DNA of 64,000 nucleotides from Burkholderiaceae bacterium (GTDB lineage Bacteria; Pseudomonadota; Gammaproteobacteria; Burkholderiales; Burkholderiaceae_C): NCBI GenBank assembly GCA_035559275.1, contig DATMBN010000048.1, positions 998 to 64,997 of the forward strand, read 5' to 3'. Shown piece by piece: positions 1 to 9,417 of this stretch (position 1 is its first letter; each line of letters starts with the position of its first letter). The notes under the pieces were generated by a model. It saw only the letters and a program-made list of their open reading frames with translations, ran no database searches and was not told where the DNA came from. The position numbers and the translations under genes were made by a program.

Positions 1-3000
1 TCGATGTCCTTGTAGCTCCAGCCCTGCTCATCGATGTAGCGGAAGCCGGGCTCGTCCTGGTGCTCGACCTTGAACAGCGCCGTCTTGACGATGCCCGTCT
101 CCTCGGTGGCATAGACCACCGGCAGCACGGTCAAGCGGGCGTTCTCGCCGCCGATGTCGATGATCTCCTGCACCGCGGCATCGAGCATCTTCCGCTGGTC
201 CTCGCTCAGGTCGGTGAAGAGGTTCTGCTCGACCATCATGCGGGCATTGACGTCGGGCTGGCCCGGATCGAGCGTCACGCAGGGCTGCCAGCCGAAGGAC
301 GCCGCCACCGTGTTGGCGATGTGCGTGCGGCCCTGCATTTCGGTCGGTCGGCCGCCGTACATCGTGTAGTGCTCGTTGACGAGCGCCTGGGCCATCACCG
401 CCGGGTTCTTGTTGAAGAGCTCGTAGAGCTTCTTCGGATCCTGACGATCGGCCGGATCCAGGTTGGCGGTGATGAATTGCTGCTGCTCCTGGTAGGCGCC
501 GGGGGTGGCGACCGCCGTCTGCTGCCGCTCGACTGCGTCGAGTGCGTCCTCGGCCTGCTGCAGGGCCTTCCAGGTCTCGGATTGCCGCTCGGCGCCCGTG
601 CCTCTCAGGTAGGGATGGTCCCGCAGCCAGGCGTCGTGCGCATTCCGTGCCGTGTCGACGCGTTGCTGTTGCCTGCCCCTGGCCTGGCGCATGTGCAGTT
701 CCTGCCAGTCCGAGCGCTTGTCCAGCGCTTCGGTCCGGGCATCCTCGGCCGTCTGCCGCAGACTCTCCAGGGACGCCGTCAGCGGACGGCCGGCGCGTAC
801 GTCGGCCTGCGCGAGCAGCCACTGACGGTTCGCATCTTGCCAGCGGATCGCAGCGTCGATCGCGGTCAGTTCCGCGCGCAACGCATCCTCGTTGTCTTGG
901 GCCTGCCGCAGCGTGCGATCCAGTGCCGTGGTGTCGCCGGTGGCGCCGTTGCGTTGCTCCTGCGCCTGCTCGCGCGCGGCGGTCGCATCCTGCAGCGACT
1001 GGTCCACCTCGGTCCTGCGCCTGGTCAGGTCATCGCTCAGGTTGAACGTGGGCATGCCGCCCTCGGGCTTGCCCACGCCGCTGGTGGCGGCCACCGGGGC
1101 CGGCGTGCCCGTCGCCTGCGAAGGCTGGATCTGGTGGAACTGGGCCAGGCTGGTCTCGACGCCGGCGCGGGTCTCACGTGCCTCGACCGCCCGGGCCTGC
1201 GCCTCCCACAACCGGGCGGTCACGGGGTTGATCTTCAATTCCTCGGGCTGCGCATACCGCATGGGCGCGCCCGCTCGCCCGTAGCCCGCATGGCCGGAAG
1301 GCTGCGAGCTGGTGGGCAGCCTGTCCTTGAAGATCGCGTAGTACCCGTCGCCGCGCTGCTCGACGCGGGTCCCGTCCTTCAGGATCCAGGTCTTGCCGTC
1401 ATCCGACACCTTGGTCCCGTCCGACAGCGTACGAAAGCCCTGGTCGTCCTTGGGCAGATCGCGGTTCCTCGCCTCCGCGAAGCTCGGGGGCGGTACGACG
1501 TCCGCCGTGCGGTCATAGCCGGGCGGGTACTCGTAGGTGACGACCTTCTGCCGCCGGTAGGCGCCGGTGCCGGCGGTCTCGATTTCCTTGCGCTGCACGA
1601 ACTCGTGGGTGTCGTACTCGTGCTGTGCGGCGAGCAGGTCGCGTTCCGCATCGATGAGAGTCAACCGGCTTTCGTAGTCCTGGACCTTCAGGCGCAGGTT
1701 CTCGTACTCGGCCAGTTCCTGGTCGAGTACGACCTTCTTCGCATCCTTGTCCGCGCCGGTGGCGCTCGTCCACGCCGCGCGTGCCTCCTCGACGTTGGTG
1801 CCTTGCTCGGTGAGCGCCTCGCGCGTGTGCGCCAGTCCCTGGCGGGCCTCCTGCTCCTGTTGCTGCAGCGTCTTGGTCGCACCCGCCTGCTGGTTCGCCT
1901 CCGACACGTCGGCGCGCGCCTGGGCCTCCAGGCGGTCCACCTTGGCCTGGGCGTCGATCACCGCCTGCGAGGGCTGCGCCGCGCCCGCATCGGTATCGGC
2001 TCGCTGCGCAGCAGCCAGATCGGCGCGCGCCTGCCGCAGGTCCTTCAGGCTCTTGAGTGCATCGGCATCGGCCTGGGCCGCGCGCTGTTCCTGCAGCTTC
2101 GCGCCCAGCGCCGTTTCGAGCCCGTCGATCTCGGCCTGGCTGGCACCGCGCGCACGCGCCTCATCGAGGGCGGACTGCGCGGAGCTCACTCCCTCGTTGG
2201 CTGCGTTGAGCTTGTCGGTGATCTGCTTCTCGCGCGCGAGCCATGGCGTGGCATCCAGGCGGCCGGGGGTGCCGGTCTTCGGATCACCGAACAGGTCGGC
2301 GTACGTCGTCTCCCAGGCCTGATTCGCGTTCTTCAGCCGGTTGTCGGCGTCCGCCACGCGCTGGTCCGCGTCCCACAGCGCCGCCGTCTCCTTCGGCAGT
2401 TCATGCCATTCGTCCCACCACCAGTCCTTGACCTCCTTGTACTGCCACTTGCCGTCGCGGAACTCCACGAGCTTGCCGGCATCGGTCCCTGGCCTCGCCC
2501 AGAACGCCTCGTTGTAGCCATCCTCGCCCTGCTGCGGCTGTGCCCGCGCCGCCCGGTCCCAGCCCGCCTGCGCCTGTGCCTGCTGGGCCTTGGCATCGAA
2601 GTGCTCCAACCGGGCCGCTGCCACCTCGTGCACGTCGCGGTGGAAGTTCTGCCTGTCGATCGCCTCCAGCAAGGTCTGGTTGGCCTGCTCGATCTTCTGC
2701 GGGTCGCCGCTCTGCTTGGCCTGCGCCACGCCGTCCTGCGCCTGCCGCACCTCGGCGTCCGCAATGCGCTTGTTGTAGCCGGTCTGCTCCTCGTTCGCCA
2801 CCAATTGCAGGCGATCGAGCTTTGCCTGCGACTCGTCGGCCTTCTTCTGCAGCTCGGCGGCTTCCTGTCGAGCCTCGCTGCGCGCCTGCTGGAAATACGG
2901 ATCGTGCCTGTCCGGCCCCGTGGGGCGGTCGTAGCTCTGCGCGGTCTCCTTCGCCTTGTCGGCAGCGGACTGCGCCTCATCGCGTGCCCGCATGGCATCG

Positions 3001-3545
3001 TCGATCTCCTTCTGCCGCCCCTGCGCCGCGTCGTACTGCTGGCGACGCAGGTCACTGACCTGCGCAGACTCGTGCTGCACCGTGTCGCGGATCTGATGGA
3101 CCTGCCGCTTCAGCCCTTCAGGGTTGAAGGCGGCACCCTGACCCGCGCGGTCGAGGATGGACTGCGCCTGAGCCCCGACCGCGGCCTTCACGTCGCCACC
3201 GCTCTGGCGTGCATGGGTCGCCACGACGCGCAGCTCCTGCGTCACTGCGCCCAGGTACTTGTTGAACGAATCGTCTAGCTGCCGCGTCTGCTCCTGCGAG
3301 GGTTGCTCGCCGTTCATCAGCTTCTGGTTGCGGGCCTCGACACCCTGCTCGACCTTCGCCTGCAGTTCGGCGGTGTGCTGCTGCGCCTGCTCGATCGCCG
3401 TCTGCCGGGCCTGCTGATGGTGCGGCGTCCGGCTCGGTGGGGGTGGAGGCGGAGGCGGCGGGGGCGGTGGCGGAGGCGGCGGGGGAGGCGGAGGCGGGGG
3501 TGGCGGAGGAGAGAAGACCCGACGGACCGCATCGAGAAACAACAT
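1..3545 (-). CDS. Giant (>1181 aa, C-terminus runs off the left edge) Pro/Gln/Ala-rich coiled-coil protein, candidate T3SS substrate; the last visible segment resembles DUF4781-type proteins
   Basis: ATG at 3545-3543 with AGGGG SD. I scanned this frame manually and found no stop down to position 3; it is absent from the ORF track because it is open-ended. Translates MLFLDAVRRVFS-P25-SRTPHHQQARQTAIEQ...LTVLPVVYATEETGIVKTALFKVEHQDEPGFRYIDEQGWSYKDI. It explains the 60..3278 + shadow ORF. The DUF4781 resemblance is from memory only. Confidence 0.85.
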   Translation of the reverse strand, partial: MLFLDAVRRVFSPPPPPPPPPPPPPPPPPPPPPPPPPSRTPHHQQARQTAIEQAQQHTAELQAKVEQGVEARNQKLMNGEQPSQEQTRQLDDSFNKYLGAVTQELRVVATHARQSGGDVKAAVGAQAQSILDRAGQGAAFNPEGLKRQVHQIRDTVQHESAQVSDLRRQQYDAAQGRQKEIDDAMRARDEAQSAADKAKETAQSYDRPTGPDRHDPYFQQARSEARQEAAELQKKADESQAKLDRLQLVANEEQTGYNKRIADAEVRQAQDGVAQAKQSGDPQKIEQANQTLLEAIDRQNFHRDVHEVAAARLEHFDAKAQQAQAQAGWDRAARAQPQQGEDGYNEAFWARPGTDAGKLVEFRDGKWQYKEVKDWWWDEWHELPKETAALWDADQRVADADNRLKNANQAWETTYADLFGDPKTGTPGRLDATPWLAREKQITDKLNAANEGVSSAQSALDEARARGASQAEIDGLETALGAKLQEQRAAQADADALKSLKDLRQARADLAAAQRADTDAGAAQPSQAVIDAQAKVDRLEAQARADVSEANQQAGATKTLQQQEQEARQGLAHTREALTEQGTNVEEARAAWTSATGADKDAKKVVLDQELAEYENLRLKVQDYESRLTLIDAERDLLAAQHEYDTHEFVQRKEIETAGTGAYRRQKVVTYEYPPGYDRTADVVPPPSFAEARNRDLPKDDQGFRTLSDGTKVSDDGKTWILKDGTRVEQRGDGYYAIFKDRLPTSSQPSGHAGYGRAGAPMRYAQPEELKINPVTARLWEAQARAVEARETRAGVETSLAQFHQIQPSQATGTPAPVAATSGVGKPEGGMPTFNLSDDLTRRRTEVDQSLQDATAAREQAQEQRNGATGDTTALDRTLRQAQDNEDALRAELTAIDAAIRWQDANRQWLLAQADVRAGRPLTASLESLRQTAEDARTEALDKRSDWQELHMRQARGRQQQRVDTARNAHDAWLRDHPYLRGTGAERQSETWKALQQAEDALDAVERQQTAVATPGAYQEQQQFITANLDPADRQDPKKLYELFNKNPAVMAQALVNEHYTMYGGRPTEMQGRTHIANTVAASFGWQPCVTLDPGQPDVNARMMVEQNLFTDLSEDQRKMLDAAVQEIIDIGGENARLTVLPVVYATEETGIVKTALFKVEHQDEPGFRYIDEQGWSYKDI
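3435..3509 (-). repeat. 25-codon polyproline tract (CCN x25, mixed codons)
   Basis: The + strand shows 25 consecutive NGG triplets from 3435 to 3509, in frame with the giant ORF (residues 13-37). Confidence 0.95.
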
Positions 3546-3610
3546 GGCTCATCCCCTGAGTGATTCATACGGGCACACGCGACCCACCGCGCCGCGCGGC
3601 ATCCCTCTTC

Positions 3611-3655
3611 ATTCTTCCGGCCGACCGGCCGCCAACCAAGCACGAAGATCCGTAG
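3611..3655 (-). promoter_or_regulatory. Putative activator box plus sigma70 promoter for the giant ORF
   Basis: Minus strand reads CTACGGATCTTCGTGC-TTGGTT-N17-AAGAAT. Confidence 0.55.
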
Positions 3656-3659
3656 GACC

Positions 3660-4691
3660 TCATGACACCCCTTGCGCCCACCGCAGCAACGTGGCCACCG
3701 GCGCGTACAGCGAACGGGGAATCTGCTGGTCCTCGGCGACCTCCTCGTACAGGCGCTCGGCCAGGGCCGGATCGGTCTCCATCGGCACCAGCACCTCCTT
3801 TGCCGCGCGGCGGATCTGCTCGGCCACGGCGCCCTCGCCCTTGGCAATCACCCGCGGCAGGTCGTGCTCGCCCAGGTACTGCAGCGCGACGGCCACGCGC
3901 GGCGAATGGATCACGGCCGAGGCGGCCCGCACGCGGTCCTGCAAGGCGAAGTACACCGTCTCGAAGTGCGCCTGACGGCGCCGCGACTGGTTGACCGGAT
4001 CGCCCTCGACCTCCTTGTGCTCGCGGCGCAGTTCCTCGATCGACATGCGCTGCTGCTTCATGAACTCGTAGTGCTCGTGCGCGTAGTCGACCATCGCCAT
4101 CAGCGCATAGATCACCGCGGCCCAGGCGAAGGTGACCATCATCGTGCGAGCCCCCACCGTCATCGCGGCCGCGGGGGATCCGTAGCCCAGGCGCAAGGCG
4201 GTGTCGAGGAAACCGCGGACGACCGCGAAGAGGAGCACGGCGATCAGCACCGTCTTGGCGCTCATCTTGAGCAGGTTCACCAGGTTGCGCGTGGAGAAGA
4301 TGCGTTGGAAGCCCTCGGCGGGATTGAGCCGGTTGATGTCGGGCTTGATCCTGGTCCAGGCCGCGACGCCGCCCACCTGGAAGAAGGAACCGACGATGCC
4401 CGCGACCGCGGCGATCGCGGCCAGGGCCACGACGCTCCAGGCCAGCACCTCGCCCGCGTGCAGCAGCAGCTCGAGGAAGCGGTCGTCCGGGCGGGTCAGC
4501 AGCGTGCGGCTGGTCGCGTGCAGCCACAGCTCGCGCACCATGCCAAAGCCCACGTCGGTCAGTGCCCACAGCGCGACCAGCACGGCGACGAACACGACGG
4601 TCGACGAGACGTCGCTGCTGAACACGACTTCGCCCTTCTTGCGCGCGTCGCGCAGGCGTTTCGGGGTGGGCTTCTGGTCCTTCTCGGCCAT
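3660..4691 (-). CDS. sctU: T3SS export apparatus switch protein SctU (YscU/HrcU family), lacking the canonical NPTH motif
   Basis: MAEKDQKPTPKRLRDARKKGEV N-terminus, four TM segments, KMSIEELRREHKEVEGDP-type linker; VIHSPRVAVALQY replaces VVxNPTHxAVALxY. Confidence 0.95.
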   Translation of the reverse strand: MAEKDQKPTPKRLRDARKKGEVVFSSDVSSTVVFVAVLVALWALTDVGFGMVRELWLHATSRTLLTRPDDRFLELLLHAGEVLAWSVVALAAIAAVAGIVGSFFQVGGVAAWTRIKPDINRLNPAEGFQRIFSTRNLVNLLKMSAKTVLIAVLLFAVVRGFLDTALRLGYGSPAAAMTVGARTMMVTFAWAAVIYALMAMVDYAHEHYEFMKQQRMSIEELRREHKEVEGDPVNQSRRRQAHFETVYFALQDRVRAASAVIHSPRVAVALQYLGEHDLPRVIAKGEGAVAEQIRRAAKEVLVPMETDPALAERLYEEVAEDQQIPRSLYAPVATLLRWAQGVS

Positions 4692-4710
4692 CGTGATCCT
4701 CCGGCTGCCG

Positions 4711-5493
4711 CTACAGCGCCCGGCGCAGGAACTCCAGCACGCCGTTCTCCGGCCGCAGGAACTGCTGCAGCGAGTCGTAGACGAAGAAGAGGAACAGCGC
4801 CAGCATCAGCGTGGCCAGCAGGCTCTTGAGCGGCTGGGAAAACACGAAGACGTTGAGCGACGGGGCCACGCGGCTGATGAGACCCATGCCCAGTTCGACC
4901 AACAGCAGTACCAGCACGACGGGCGCGGCGAGCTTGACGATCCACAGGAACAGGGTGTCGCCCTGGCGGACGGCGAACTGCTCCAACACCGCGCCCAGGT
5001 CCGGGAAGAACGACGCGACCGGCCACAGACGATAGGAGTCCACCACCACGCCCAGCATCGCGACGAGCCCGCCTGCGGCCACGAACAGCGTGATCACCAG
5101 CCAGCCGAGGAACTCCGCCGTGGGCCCGTTCTCGTGTCCGGCCACCGGGTCGAAGAAGGAGGCGTTCCCGGAACCGGTCTGGAAGTCGATCAGGTCACCC
5201 ACGCTCTGGATCGCCCAGATGAAGATGCCGAAGCCCAGGCCCAGCAGCAGGCCGATCAACGCTTCTTTGGCGGCGATCACGAGCCAGCCGATGACCGATA
5301 GCGCAGGCAGGTCGCCGGCGGCCGGCGACATGAAGATCGCGAGCATCAGCAGCAGACCGTTGCGCGCAATGCCGGTGATCATCCGGCCCGAGAGGAACGG
5401 CACCACCGCGAAGATCGCCAGCAGCCGGGGCAGCGTCAGCGCCGCCGCGGCGACCGTCTGTTCCAGTGCGGCCAGTTCGATGGGCCCGCTCAT
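4711..5493 (-). CDS. sctT: T3SS export apparatus protein SctT
   Basis: Hydrophobic 260-aa protein from ATG 5493, with AKEALIGLLLG, GDLIDFQTG and RVAPSLNVFVFSQPLK motifs. Confidence 0.93.
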   Translation of the reverse strand: MSGPIELAALEQTVAAAALTLPRLLAIFAVVPFLSGRMITGIARNGLLLMLAIFMSPAAGDLPALSVIGWLVIAAKEALIGLLLGLGFGIFIWAIQSVGDLIDFQTGSGNASFFDPVAGHENGPTAEFLGWLVITLFVAAGGLVAMLGVVVDSYRLWPVASFFPDLGAVLEQFAVRQGDTLFLWIVKLAAPVVLVLLLVELGMGLISRVAPSLNVFVFSQPLKSLLATLMLALFLFFVYDSLQQFLRPENGVLEFLRRAL

Positions 5494-5506
5494 GCTCCGC
5501 AGGTCC

Positions 5507-5983
5507 TCACGCGCGCCGTTGCAGCAGCCAGCGCTGCGCGGACGACTCCTCGGCCACCTCGTCCTGCCGCAGCTCGGCGCGGCGCAACCTCTGCGCGCGG
5601 CTGCGCTGCTGCATCTGCCGCGCCTTCTCGAGTTCCGCCGCCGCGGCGCGCAGGCGCCTGCGACTCTCGTCCAGCGTGGCCAGATGGGCTTCGTGGCGGC
5701 CCCATGCCTCCTGCGCGGCGCGTGCGGCATCGGCGATCCGTCCGTCCAGCGCACGGCTCCACGCCTGCGCCTGTCGCAGCGCGGTGACATCGAGCCGGCC
5801 AGCATCGCGCGCCTGCTGCCACAGGCACTGCTTGGCGGCCAGTTGCGCCTGCCAGGCCGCGGCCGCCTCGTCGGCCTCGCGACGGCTGCGTTCGGCGGCC
5901 TCGCGATCCCGCGCCGCGCGCTCCTGCGCGGCGGTCTTCTGCCGTTCGCGCACCGCCCCCAGCAGCTTCCAGTCGATCTCCAT
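5507..5983 (-). CDS. sctO: T3SS stalk protein SctO (YscO/FliJ-like coiled coil)
   Basis: 158-aa Ala/Arg/Glu-rich coiled coil directly downstream of the ATPase. Confidence 0.75.
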   Translation of the reverse strand: MEIDWKLLGAVRERQKTAAQERAARDREAAERSRREADEAAAAWQAQLAAKQCLWQQARDAGRLDVTALRQAQAWSRALDGRIADAARAAQEAWGRHEAHLATLDESRRRLRAAAAELEKARQMQQRSRAQRLRRAELRQDEVAEESSAQRWLLQRRA

Positions 5984-5998
5984 GCCCCGCTCCCGCGC

Positions 5999-7318
5999 TC
6001 ATGCAGCCAGGCGGCGCAACGCCGCCACCGTGCGGTCGAAGTCCTGCCGGCTCTCGGGCGGCTGGTTCAGGAAGGACAGCACCGCCTCGCGCGAGTCGAT
6101 CGCGCGGTCGGCCAGCGCGTCCGCGCCCGGCTTGTACTCGCCGATCTGGATCAGAAGCTCCAACTCCTGGTACCTGGCCATCAGCGCGCGCAGGCGCCCG
6201 GCGGCTTCCCTGTGCTCGCGCGTCACGACCTGCCCCATCACGCGGCTGACGCTGGCGAGCACATCGATCGCCGGGTACTGGTTGGCCGCCGCCAACTTGC
6301 GCGACAGCACGATGTGCCCGTCCAGGATGGAACGCACCTCCTCGGCGATCGGGTCGTTCTCCTCGTCTGCCTCGGTGAGCACCGAATACACCGCGGTGAT
6401 GGAGCCGCTGCGGCCCTGCCCGGCGCGCTCGAGCAGTTGCGGCAGCATCGAGAACACCGATGGCGGATAACTGCGACGCGTGGGCGGCTCGCCGCTGGCC
6501 AGACCGATCTCGCGCTGGGCGCGTGCGAAGCGGGTGAGCGAGTCCACGAGCAGCAACACCTTCTTGCCCTGGTCGCGGAAGTGCTCGGCGATCGTCGTCG
6601 CGACGTAGGCGGACTTGATGCGCTCCATGGGCGGGCGGTCCGAGGTGGAGACGACCATCACCGACTTGGCCAGGCCCGCTGCGCCGAGGTTGTGCTCGAT
6701 GAACTCCTGGACCTCGCGGCCACGCTCGCCGATCAACGCGATCACATTGACGTCGGCGGTGGAGCCGCGCGCCAGCATCCCGAGCAAGGTGCTCTTGCCG
6801 ACGCCGGGAGGTGAGAACACGCCCACGCGCTGGCCCTCGCCCAGCGTCAGCAGGCCATCGACCGCGCGGATGCCGGTGGCCAACGGCCGGTCGATCATGC
6901 GGCGCTCCAGCGGCGCCAGCGGCTCGCGCAGTACCGGCAGGTGGGCATGCACCTCGAGCGGCCCACGCCCGTCGATCGGCGCGCCGAGCGCGTCGAGCAC
7001 GCGCCCGAGCAGGCCGGTGCCCACCGGGCAGACATGGCCGCGCCCGGAAGGAAGCACCTCGGTCAGCGTCGAGATACCCGTCGTGGGACCCAGCGGCGTG
7101 AGGATCGCGGTGTGCTGCGAGAAACCGACGACCTCGGCCAGCAGTGGCGGCTCGCCGGGGGTGACCAGCTCGCACAGCTCGCCGATGTGCGCCTGGATGC
7201 CCGAGGCATGGATGAGCATGCCGACCGCCTTGTTCACGCGGCCGCGCATGCCCACCGGCATCACGCGCCCGAAGGCCTGCTCCAGGTCGGCGACGATGTG
7301 CAGGGCCGCGTCGGTCAT
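5999..7318 (-). CDS. sctN: T3SS ATPase SctN
   Basis: Walker [51 protein letters not shown]. Confidence 0.98.
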   Translation of the reverse strand: MTDAALHIVADLEQAFGRVMPVGMRGRVNKAVGMLIHASGIQAHIGELCELVTPGEPPLLAEVVGFSQHTAILTPLGPTTGISTLTEVLPSGRGHVCPVGTGLLGRVLDALGAPIDGRGPLEVHAHLPVLREPLAPLERRMIDRPLATGIRAVDGLLTLGEGQRVGVFSPPGVGKSTLLGMLARGSTADVNVIALIGERGREVQEFIEHNLGAAGLAKSVMVVSTSDRPPMERIKSAYVATTIAEHFRDQGKKVLLLVDSLTRFARAQREIGLASGEPPTRRSYPPSVFSMLPQLLERAGQGRSGSITAVYSVLTEADEENDPIAEEVRSILDGHIVLSRKLAAANQYPAIDVLASVSRVMGQVVTREHREAAGRLRALMARYQELELLIQIGEYKPGADALADRAIDSREAVLSFLNQPPESRQDFDRTVAALRRLAA

Positions 7319-7935
7319 CGCCCACCCCCGCCGCGCTCGACCGCGCGCTGGAATGCCTCGAGCTGCGCGTCCACACCGATCTCGATGGTGCCCGAGGCGG
7401 TGTGCACCTCACAGCGTCCCGGCCCGAGCGCCGGGTCGGCCTGCACGGCGAGGCTCATGCTCCAGTTGGCCTCGGCGCGCAGCCGCTCCAGCGCCTGCCG
7501 CACGGCCGCCTCCTGCGCGGGCGAGACGCGCACCGTGACGAAGGGCTCGGCGCGGATGAGCGCGTCGACGCGTGCCAGCGCAGTCTCGAACAGGCGCGCG
7601 GGGTCGGCCTCGGCGAGGAACTGGCCGACCGCCTTGACGACGATCTGCGCCATCGAGCTGCGCAAGGCCCGCAACTGCCGTTCCGAGGCCAGGCTGTCGG
7701 AGACCAGCCGCTGCGCGTACTCGGCCCGCGCCTGCCTGAGTCCCTCCTCGTAGCCCTTGCGCTTGCTGTCCTCGGCCTGGCGCGCCGCCTGCTGCACGAT
7801 GCGCCGCGCTTCCTGGCGGGCAGCCGCGACCACGGCGGAGGCGTCGAGCAGGGCGGCGTACTCCGCTTCCTTCAGCACCTTGCGCTCGCTCAGCAGCTGC
7901 AGGTTCTCGGTGGTGATCAGAAAAGCCAGTCCCAT
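7315..7935 (-). CDS. sctL: T3SS stator SctL (YscL/HrpE/FliH family)
   Basis: 206 aa from ATG 7935; AxxxA/GYEEG repeat region and C-terminal [26 protein letters not shown]; overlaps the sctN start. Confidence 0.88.
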   Translation of the reverse strand: MGLAFLITTENLQLLSERKVLKEAEYAALLDASAVVAAARQEARRIVQQAARQAEDSKRKGYEEGLRQARAEYAQRLVSDSLASERQLRALRSSMAQIVVKAVGQFLAEADPARLFETALARVDALIRAEPFVTVRVSPAQEAAVRQALERLRAEANWSMSLAVQADPALGPGRCEVHTASGTIEIGVDAQLEAFQRAVERGGGGR

Positions 7936-8594
7936 TGGGGCAACCTCTCGGGCACGATGCACAGCAGCATCAGTTCGCTGAGCTGGGCCGCCTGACGCGC
8001 GGCCAGGCGCGGCACGGCCAGCGTCGAGACACGCCGCGGCAGCTTCCACAGCACGCGCCGGCGTATCGCTTCGGTGTCCTCCGACATCGCCGCCAGCAGC
8101 AGCCGGTAGCCGCGCGCGGCAACGACCCGCCCGGTCGTGATGGGCCGCTGCTGGAGCGCACTGGCGTCCATGCGCAGCTCGGTGAGGAGCGGCACGCGGT
8201 CGAGCACGAAGTCGACCGCATCGGGGTCGAGCCGGCGCGCCTGGCGACGCAACTGGGCCGACACCCCGCGCAGCTTGAACAGGGGCTTGTGCGTGCACAG
8301 CCCGCAGTAGAGCGCGAGCCGGCGCAGGGATGCGCCGTCGAGCAGCGCCAGGCGGCGCAGCCGCGAGTCGAAGTTGAACTCGGGCGCGTGCGGGGCGCCG
8401 CGCTGCAGGAGGTGCCCGAGCAGTTCCTGCGCGGCCGGTCCGAAGCGCTCGGGGCGCCGGTGGCGCGGGGGCCAGGCCGGCGGCAGCCAACTGGGATGCA
8501 GATGGCGCTCGGGATGCAGGTTGAACGCCGTCACCAGGCGCACCAGGTCCATGGTGCCAGGCGGCGTGTCGACGACGGCGGCCCGGGCGTCCAT
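7917..8594 (-). CDS. sctK: T3SS SctK-like accessory protein (YscK/HrpB4 position)
   Basis: 225 aa between sctJ and sctL; FNLHPERHLHPSWLP motif; assignment is mainly positional. Confidence 0.6.
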   Translation of the reverse strand: MDARAAVVDTPPGTMDLVRLVTAFNLHPERHLHPSWLPPAWPPRHRRPERFGPAAQELLGHLLQRGAPHAPEFNFDSRLRRLALLDGASLRRLALYCGLCTHKPLFKLRGVSAQLRRQARRLDPDAVDFVLDRVPLLTELRMDASALQQRPITTGRVVAARGYRLLLAAMSEDTEAIRRRVLWKLPRRVSTLAVPRLAARQAAQLSELMLLCIVPERLPQWDWLF

Positions 8595-8605
8595 GACTTC
8601 GGCCG

Positions 8606-9406
8606 TCAGCGGCGCAACACGTGGCGCCGCAGCCAGGTCTGCATGTCCAGGCCCTGGCGGCGCAGCAGGGTGGGCAAGGCGATCAGGCACGCGGCCGCGG
8701 CCAGCAGGAGCACCAGGAGAGTCACGGCCGCCTCGGTGGAGAGCACGCCCAAGATGGGCGCGTGGCGGCGCTCCACCTGCGCCGGCGTGACGATGGCCTG
8801 CCTCGCCTCGAACAACGACAGCGAGACCTTGTCGTGCGTCAGCCCCTCGATGCTGTGGGCCACCATGTCCTTGACGGTAGGCGCGAGCAGTCGCAGGTCC
8901 ACGTCCGGCCGGTGCTTGATGAACACGGCCGCCGACGACGGGCGCACACGGTCGCTCAACGGGTCGTTGGCCGGGATGACGACATGCACCCGCGCCGCGA
9001 CGACGCCGTCGACCTTGCGCAACGTCTGCGACAGTTCCTGCGACACCGCGTAGATGTAGCGCATGCGCTCCTCGGCGGGCGTCGAGACCAGCCCCTGCTT
9101 CTGGAACAGGTCGCCCATCGTCGCGTAGCGGTCGTGCGGCAGTCCCTGCGCGCGCAGCAGTTCGAGCGCCAGCGCGAGATCGCCTTCGTCGACCTGCACC
9201 TGCCACCGGCCGTCTTGCGAACGCTCCTTGTGCGCCTCCAGTCCGTTGGCGGTGAGGGTGGCCACGATCTCATTGGCCTCCTGCTCCTGCAAGTCGGAGT
9301 AGAGGCCGACCTTGCAGCCGGCGAGTGCCGTCGCCAGCAGCAACGCCGCCAGCCATCGCAACCCGCGTGCAGCAGCCCCGGGTGAACGACCGACTCGTGC
9401 ATGCAT
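8606..9406 (-). CDS. sctJ: T3SS inner-membrane ring lipoprotein SctJ
   Basis: Lipobox LAGC, LYSDLQEQEANEI, GLVSTPAEERMRYIYAVSQELSQTL, ARVHVVIP, C-terminal TM. Confidence 0.96.
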   Translation of the reverse strand: MHARVGRSPGAAARGLRWLAALLLATALAGCKVGLYSDLQEQEANEIVATLTANGLEAHKERSQDGRWQVQVDEGDLALALELLRAQGLPHDRYATMGDLFQKQGLVSTPAEERMRYIYAVSQELSQTLRKVDGVVAARVHVVIPANDPLSDRVRPSSAAVFIKHRPDVDLRLLAPTVKDMVAHSIEGLTHDKVSLSLFEARQAIVTPAQVERRHAPILGVLSTEAAVTLLVLLLAAAACLIALPTLLRRQGLDMQTWLRRHVLRR

Positions 9407-9417
9407 CGCGAGCTCTC

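Noticed and set aside
60-3278. 1072-aa plus-strand ORF and the many other long antisense/alternate-frame ORFs in the track (e.g. 3672-4829, 11139-13136, 13185-15707, 20647-23025, 24421-26274)
   Set aside because: These are shadow ORFs of high-GC genes on the opposite strand or frame. They have no recognisable motifs, whereas the overlapping frames encode clear proteins.
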